From positions 1-15,850 of the forward strand of contig JBJCIZ010000129.1 in assembly GCA_051294375.1 (NCBI GenBank): 15,850 nucleotides of DNA, read 5' to 3'. The translations under genes and the position numbers were made by a program. The DNA comes from Paraspadella gotoi. Lineage: Eukaryota; Animalia; Chaetognatha. Numbering within the stretch: position 1 is the first letter of the stretch; each line of letters opens with the position of its first letter. Shown piece after piece: positions 10,234 through 15,850 of this stretch. The notes below the pieces were generated by a model. The model saw only the letters and a program-made list of their open reading frames with translations. It made no database searches and was not told the origin of the DNA.

Positions 10234-11172
10234 GTTTTTAGTCGGATCTGCTTATGAGCAGGTCCCGACTCTATAATTTCTTTGTCGGTCCGTCGGTCCG
10301 CCCCCTCAATATTGTCGGGCACTAACTAATATCATGTCAGAACATCGAATTATGATAAATTATGCAAAAAAAAACGATGTCCGTCCGTCCGTTTGTCCGT
10401 CCGTCCATCCGTCCGTCCATCCGTCCGTCCCACCTTAGTGTGGGTAGGGAAGTGTTTGATTGAGCTGGATATGAAGTTTCGATGGAATCGTCCGAGTGGA
10501 AATGAATCATATTTTTTTAATTTAAACTCATTTCCACTCGTACATTTCTACCAAAACTTTGTATCAAGCTTCGTCACAAACTTTCCTACCCACACACAAA
10601 ATTTCAACTTAAAATATCCATCTAATTATGATTAAATAGAGTATTTAATGGTTAAGATAAGTAAAAATATTTTAGTAAATGCAACTTATGTTTTTTCCAT
10701 TTAAACTCATTTCCACTCGCACGATTCCATCGAAACTCTATATCCAGCTTCATCTCACACTGTCCTATCCAGACACAAAATTTCATTCCAATCCAACCAG
10801 CCAATCACGAGTTATTGGAGCTTTTTGCTAAGATGGGACGGATGGACGGATTGATTGACTAATTAATTAATTATTGATTAATTAATTGACTACTTGATTA
10901 ATTAACTGATTAATTATTTGATTTATTTATACATCCTTCATTTACATTTAATATGAAAGGAAAAAGAAGTATAATCAATTGGTGAAACAGGTTTTTTGTT
11001 TTTTTCCATTTAAACTCATTTCCACTCAAACGATTCCATCGAAACTTGATTTCCAGCTCAATCACACACTTTCCTACTCAAATACAAAATTTCAAGTCAA
11101 TCGCCCCATCCACTCTTGAGTAATTGGTGTTCAAATAGTGAAATTTATTTTTTTATTTTTTCCATTTAAACT
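10234..11172 (+). mobile_element. Helentron-associated / DINE-1-like (HINE) non-autonomous element with internal ~100-bp repeats
   Basis: A T-run is followed by a hairpin (agtcggatctgct-tatg-agcaggtcccgact, 10240-10270). GTCC/ATCC microsatellites lie at 10283-10300 and 10378-10430, and an opposite-sense GGAC/GGAT run at ~10835-10852. Three direct copies of tttaaactcatttccactc..cacaaaatttca (~10520, ~10700, ~11008) occur with one inverted copy (~10436-10508). The family call rests on the known DINE-1/HINE layout. The right boundary is uncertain. Confidence 0.6.
10850..10930. repeat. Degenerate TTGA/TTAA tetranucleotide microsatellite
   Basis: attgattgactaattaattaattattgattaattaattgac...gatttatttat. 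Confidence 0.7.
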
Positions 11173-11346
11173 TTTTATTGAACTTTTTATTGAATAAATG
11201 AATTATGTCATATACTTTTTTCCTAGATAGTACATAACAACTATGAAAAAACTGAATTTCACTTTTCACTAGACGTTATGACTTGCCTTCTGTCATACTG
11301 AGTACACCCTTTGTGGGCCCCAGTATTTTGCATTGTCACAGCAGCT

Positions 11347-14300
11347 ATGGCAGCCAAATCGCCAGAAGCCACTGGAGGTGCTGCATTGTCTCCCAGTGTA
11401 AAAGGGTCAAAACCTACAAATCCATGGACATCGACAGGTGCAAGGCCTAAGACCAGACCAAGTCCTGCACCTTTATCTTTATCAACAGCATCTTCAACAA
11501 CAGTTACTTTCTCTTCATCGGTTGCATCTTCTACCTCAGTCTCTTCTTCATCACCCACTGCAACCTCCGCTTCATCAACATCAATACCTTCTACAGCGCC
11601 ACCTCCCTCTCTTGCATCATTAGGTGCTACAGCAACATCAACTTCATCAACATCAATGCCCTCCACAGCACCACCTCCTTCTCTAGCAGCATTAGGTGCT
11701 ACAGCAACATCAGCTTCATCAACATCAATGCTTTCCATAGTGCCACCTCCCTCTCTAGCAGCATTAGGTGCTACAGCAGCTACATCAGCTTCATCAATAT
11801 CAATGCCCTCCACAGCACAACCTACCTCTCAAGCAGCTTTAGGTGCTTCAGCAGCTACATCAGCTTCATCTACATCAATGCTTTTCATAGTGCCACCTCC
11901 CTCTCTAGCAGCATTAAGTGCTACAGAAACATCAGCTTCAGCAACATCAATGCCCTCCATAATACCAGCTACCTCTCTAGCAGCATTAGGTGCTACAGCA
12001 ACATCAGCTTCATCAACATCAATGCTCCCCTTAGTGTCACCTCCCCCTCTTGTAGCATTAGGTGCTACAGCAACATCAGCTTCATCAACATCAATGCCCT
12101 CCACAGCGCCTCCTCCCTCTCTTGCATCATTAGGTGCTACAGCAACATCACCTTCATCAACATCAATGCCCTCTATGGTGCAACCTCCCTTTCTAGCAGC
12201 ATTAGGGGCTACAGCAGCTACATCAGCTTCATCAACCGCAACGCCCTCCACAGTGCCATCTCCCTCTCATGTAGCATTAGGTGCTACAGCAGCTACATCA
12301 ACATCAATGCCCTCCACAGCGCCACCTCCCTATCTAGCACCATTAGGTGCTACAGCAACAACAACTTCATCAACATCAATGCCCTCCTCAGTGCCACCCC
12401 CCTCTCTAGTATCAACAGGGGCTACAGCTTTCTCTGCAACAGCCGACCCTTCAACTGCATCAAGAACCACAGTCGACCCTTCAAGTGATGCTCCATACTC
12501 CGAAGGCATGCTTCGTCGAATGCAGCTCCATGTTGCTGTCAGCAGTGGAAGTCAGATGATGCAGAATCTGGTTGAAGCTGAACTTCCATTGAAAGAAAAA
12601 CAGGATTGGAGGGAAGGGGAGTTGTGGAAAGAATGGAACTTAAAAAATATGGACTTTGTTAAAAAGTACCGTTTCTTTAATAATCAACATAAAGAGCCAT
12701 TCAATGGCATGGATGTTCCGACTTTATCTAAATCCGATATCACTTTTTTAGGATACGTGATGAAAAATGAGCTTTTCACTGGGCAGGAACAAATCACAGA
12801 TCAAATAGGAAAACTCCAAATGATGAGAAACTCATTTGCCCATGACCCTAAGCAAGAAATCTCCCTTGATGAGTTTAACAAGGGATTTGAAGAAATCCTC
12901 TCCATTGCAGAAACTCTTTTCAGCAAACACGATCATCTAGCAAAAATTTGGAAAAAAAAGTTGCTTAGTTATAAAGATGAGAAGAATATATATCTTCTAT
13001 ACAAAAAGGATTTGATTCAAAATCAAGAAGAATTTCTCAAGATTTTGTTTGACCAAAAGTTAGAGGAATACAGAAAAATAACAGAAGAGCAAAGAGCAAA
13101 GAGCAAAGAGCAGATAGAATCTCATTCTGATAAAAATGCAGAAGAGATGAGAGCTTTTTTGAATATAGCAAAGAGTGAGATAGAATCTCATTGTGATAAA
13201 AATGCAGAAGAGCTTAGAACTTATAGTTTGAAGTTAAAAGAAATTCTAAATGAATTAAAACTTATCAAAGAGGCAATCTCAAAAGAAGCTCCGAAAACTA
13301 TCACAAATGTTGTGACACCTGATGAAGACCTCATCATCAAAAAATTCCAGAAAACAATGTCCACGGTAGTGAAAACCAGTGTGAGAATTCCTGGAAAAAG
13401 AAAATATCTAAACCTCAGAGAAACATACATTCATATTTCACTTCAAGAAAAAAACACTCACATGCATTCATTAGGAAGAACAAATATAGATAAAAGAAAT
13501 ACTTCTAAAAAAAACGCAAGTTCTCCAGATCCAAATGCAGTTCCATTAAACCCAATAACCACAGAAGTAGACAACAAAGAGGACATAGATTCGCAAGGAA
13601 GTTATGAAATCTATACACATTCTGAAAACTCGGAAAACTCTGACGATAGAGACAGACAAGAATTTTCCTTTGAGGAATTTCTATATGATGTAGAACATCG
13701 AGCTTCATTAAAAGAATCTTTAAGAATGCTTGTGACTGCTGGAGGCGGTAGAGGAAAAACAACAGCCTCTCAGCGAATGATGCTTGAATGGACCACCGGT
13801 GAATACCTGAAAGATTTTATTGGTTTGATTCGAATAGATATGAAAAACGTCGGGAGTGAAATAGGATTATTTCATAATATGTTGAAGCAATACCCAGTCA
13901 TTACACAAAAACTCAATAAATCAGAATTGATTGAGTTGGAAAAACTGTTTGGTTTTCATCAGAACAAAATCATGTGGATCCTTGATGGTTTGGATGAAGC
14001 TTCATGTGTGACAACAGCCCAAAGGTTAATCACAGAAGCTCGAAACAAATATCCAGAGAGTGCATTGGTTCTTCTTTCCAGACCAGAAGGAGTAAAAGCA
14101 TTCAATTTAGATGAAATGATTGAGTTCTCTATAAAGGATTTGACTTCAAATCAGTTCAAAAATTTTGTTGAGAACTACAAATTTGAGAATGATGATGGTA
14201 CAAAAAAAGAAAGATTGTTAGCAGCTTTTGAGCACAATCAAGCTTTGCAGTCTTGTATGGTAGTGCCTCTACATGCTGTTTTGCTGTGTGCTCTTTATGA

Positions 14301-15355
14301 TGATGACGTTATGAGCTTAGACATAAAGAATGCCATCGATATATTCTTAGCTATAATTGCCATGTCAGTGAAAGGGACAAACATTAAGAATGCTGATCTA
14401 AAATCCACTCAATCGGTTATCGAAAAGAAAGATAATATTCATAAAATGAGTTGTAAGAAAGTGATTGACACTTATCAAAATATTCTTATAGCAATAGGAA
14501 GAGCGATTTTTGTTTGCAATGAGTTTTCCCTTTCAGGTTCAGAGAATCTTGAAAAAGAGATCTTACAAAAAGAACTTGAAAAGCATTTGAATGAAGAGGA
14601 AGTAAATTCTGCTCTCAAGTTGACCCTTTGGGAGGAAATTATAGTTGAAACGGCAGAACAAACAAAAACATTTTTTGGATTCTATCATAGAAACTTTAGA
14701 GAATTGTTTTTAGGATTTTATCTGAGTCGAAACGAAAAGGAACTAGAGCTTCAAACCCAAAAAGACACATTGGATGACCGGACAATCTCTGTTGTGCAAT
14801 GTGCTTTTTCTCTTATAACTCGAACCGATTACATAGATGAAAGCTCAAATGCAATTATATATGTTCTCAAACATGTTATTGAGAGCAACCAAAGTGCTAA
14901 AAACTGGCAAAACGGTCAACTTTTGTGTGAGCTATTTCAAACACTGATCATTTTTCCTAAAACAGCCCGAGAAAAAGTGATAGGCAAAATTACAAAGCTC
15001 ATCAAAAATCAGAACAACAAATTTTTGGAAGAAATTTTTAAAAATATCAATTGTAGCTATCTTGAGATGTTAAAAGATCACTGTCAAGCGTGTACATTGT
15101 GCGATGTATCCGACCTTGACTTAGGCAGAAAGAAGCTAAATCTCATTTCATCACCAACCAATTATGATTCTCAATTATTTAGTTGGCCAGAAAAAAAAGA
15201 AGTTTTTATTAAATATCTTCTCGTCCAAACTAAAGAAATCATCATCTTTTCCTTTCCACACAAAACTTTCTTTAAGTTTAATATGAAATATCACATCACA
15301 GAAAAATCCAAATGCTTCTGCATCAAGAAGAAAGAGACACACAAAGTTACGACAG
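11347..15355 (+). CDS. NLR-like STAND NTPase: S/T/A/P tandem repeats + DZIP3-like HEPN + coiled coil + NACHT/HD1/winged helix (large exon; open frame continues to stop at 15366 if unspliced)
   Basis: Uninterrupted ~4-kb ORF. Motifs: Walker A VTAGGGRGKTT (~13732-13764); NACHT-type Walker B IMWILDGLDE (13969-13998); sensor-1 LLSRP (14071-14085); HD1 VVPLHAVLLC (~14260); winged-helix FGFYHRNFRELFLGFYL (~14674-14724); HEPN-like SDITFL..MRNSFAH (R 12826, H 12841). The first ATG (11347, gctATGg) follows a polypyrimidine-cacag/cag acceptor-like site. A cag|gtaat donor-like site lies at 15355/15356. Confidence 0.9.
11560..12430 (+). repeat. In-frame coding minisatellite, ~12 units of 72/75 bp (one of 66 bp)
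   Basis: The anchor ttaggtgct (or variant) recurs at 11620, 11692, 11764, 11839, 11914, 11986, 12058, 12130, 12202, 12277, 12343 and 12415. Peptide unit is approximately SASSTSMPSTAPPPSLAALGATAT. Confidence 0.97.
13095..13218 (+). repeat. 66-bp (22-aa) tandem duplication in the coiled-coil region
   Basis: atagaatctcatt(c/g)tgataaaaatgcagaagag at 13114 and 13180; IESHSDKNAEEMR / IESHCDKNAEELR. Confidence 0.9.
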
Positions 15356-15555
15356 GTAATATATGAATCTCTCTTAAAGTATATATTTATTTGTTTGTAA
15401 AATATTATTTTAAATATTAGAGAATGGCAAAGTTTTTGATTTTTGCAACGAATTTTAATTTAACATAGAAATGGACCTGTTTTGGCTTTGGATGCAAGCC
15501 TTCATCAGCGTTTTTACAGTTTTGACTTATTAGTTTTACAAATGCATAAAGGAAG

Positions 15556-15586
15556 AGTGTGAGAGAGAGAGTCACAGAGAGAGAGC
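15556..15586. repeat. Short GA microsatellite
   Basis: gagtgtgagagagagagtcacagagagagag, downstream of the putative splice donor. Confidence 0.6.
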
Positions 15587-15850
15587 AAAAGTTTTTCAAC
15601 ACAGAGGTGAGATTGAATAGTAGGGCGTTTAAAAATAACAAAATATAACAAATCGTATAAGGTACATAGCTATTTTAGTGTAATAAAGTCTGTAGAATTC
15701 GATGTTGATAATCATTTTTTTGTATAGTTTCATCTTCTTTGTCATTGTGTATAAACTATCAATTTCGTTGCGTTTTGAATTTTGGAGAAAAATAATTTGT
15801 TTTTAACAATGAATTGTATTATTGGTAATACATGTTTCGACTCTTGAGTT

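Noticed and set aside
11311-11346. Apparent signal peptide MWAPVFCIVTAA
   Set aside because: Begins at TTG and overlaps an acceptor-like intronic tract; the first ATG is at 11347.
11259-12251. Minus-strand acidic repeat ORFs (184 aa, 140 aa)
   Set aside because: Antisense shadows of the coding minisatellite in the NLR ORF; no independent evidence.
11560-12430. CRISPR-like or amyloid-signalling repeat array
   Set aside because: Whole units are repeated with no unique spacers, and they lie in frame in a eukaryotic gene. Pro-rich units are unfavourable for HET-s/RHIM-type amyloid.

Overview
Eukaryotic (probably invertebrate animal) genomic DNA in three blocks. (1) About 1-6.2 kb is GC/CpG-rich. 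It holds the gag region of a BEL/Pao-type LTR retrotransposon on the minus strand (~6160 to ~2690): a DUF1759-like capsid core plus the triple zinc knuckle. About 2.4 kb of it is mirrored as an inverted copy (1-2469 vs 2690-5087). The arms differ mainly by single-base indels, which looks more like a long-read fold-back or unpolished contig end than a biological palindrome. (2) About 6.2-11.3 kb is very AT-rich and non-coding. It has a GGCTCC-array transposon end, two degenerate TTAGGG tracts, microsatellites and a Helentron/DINE-1-like (HINE) non-autonomous element. (3) 11347-15355 (+) is one intact ~4-kb coding exon of an NLR-like STAND NTPase. Its architecture is ~12 x 24-25-aa Ser/Thr/Ala/Pro repeats, a DZIP3-like HEPN domain with an intact R-x4-H motif, a coiled coil, NACHT, HD1 and winged helix. 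It probably splices to exons outside the window. This repeat-HEPN-NACHT protein is the most interesting biology here. All domain calls come from motif recognition by eye; no database search was run.
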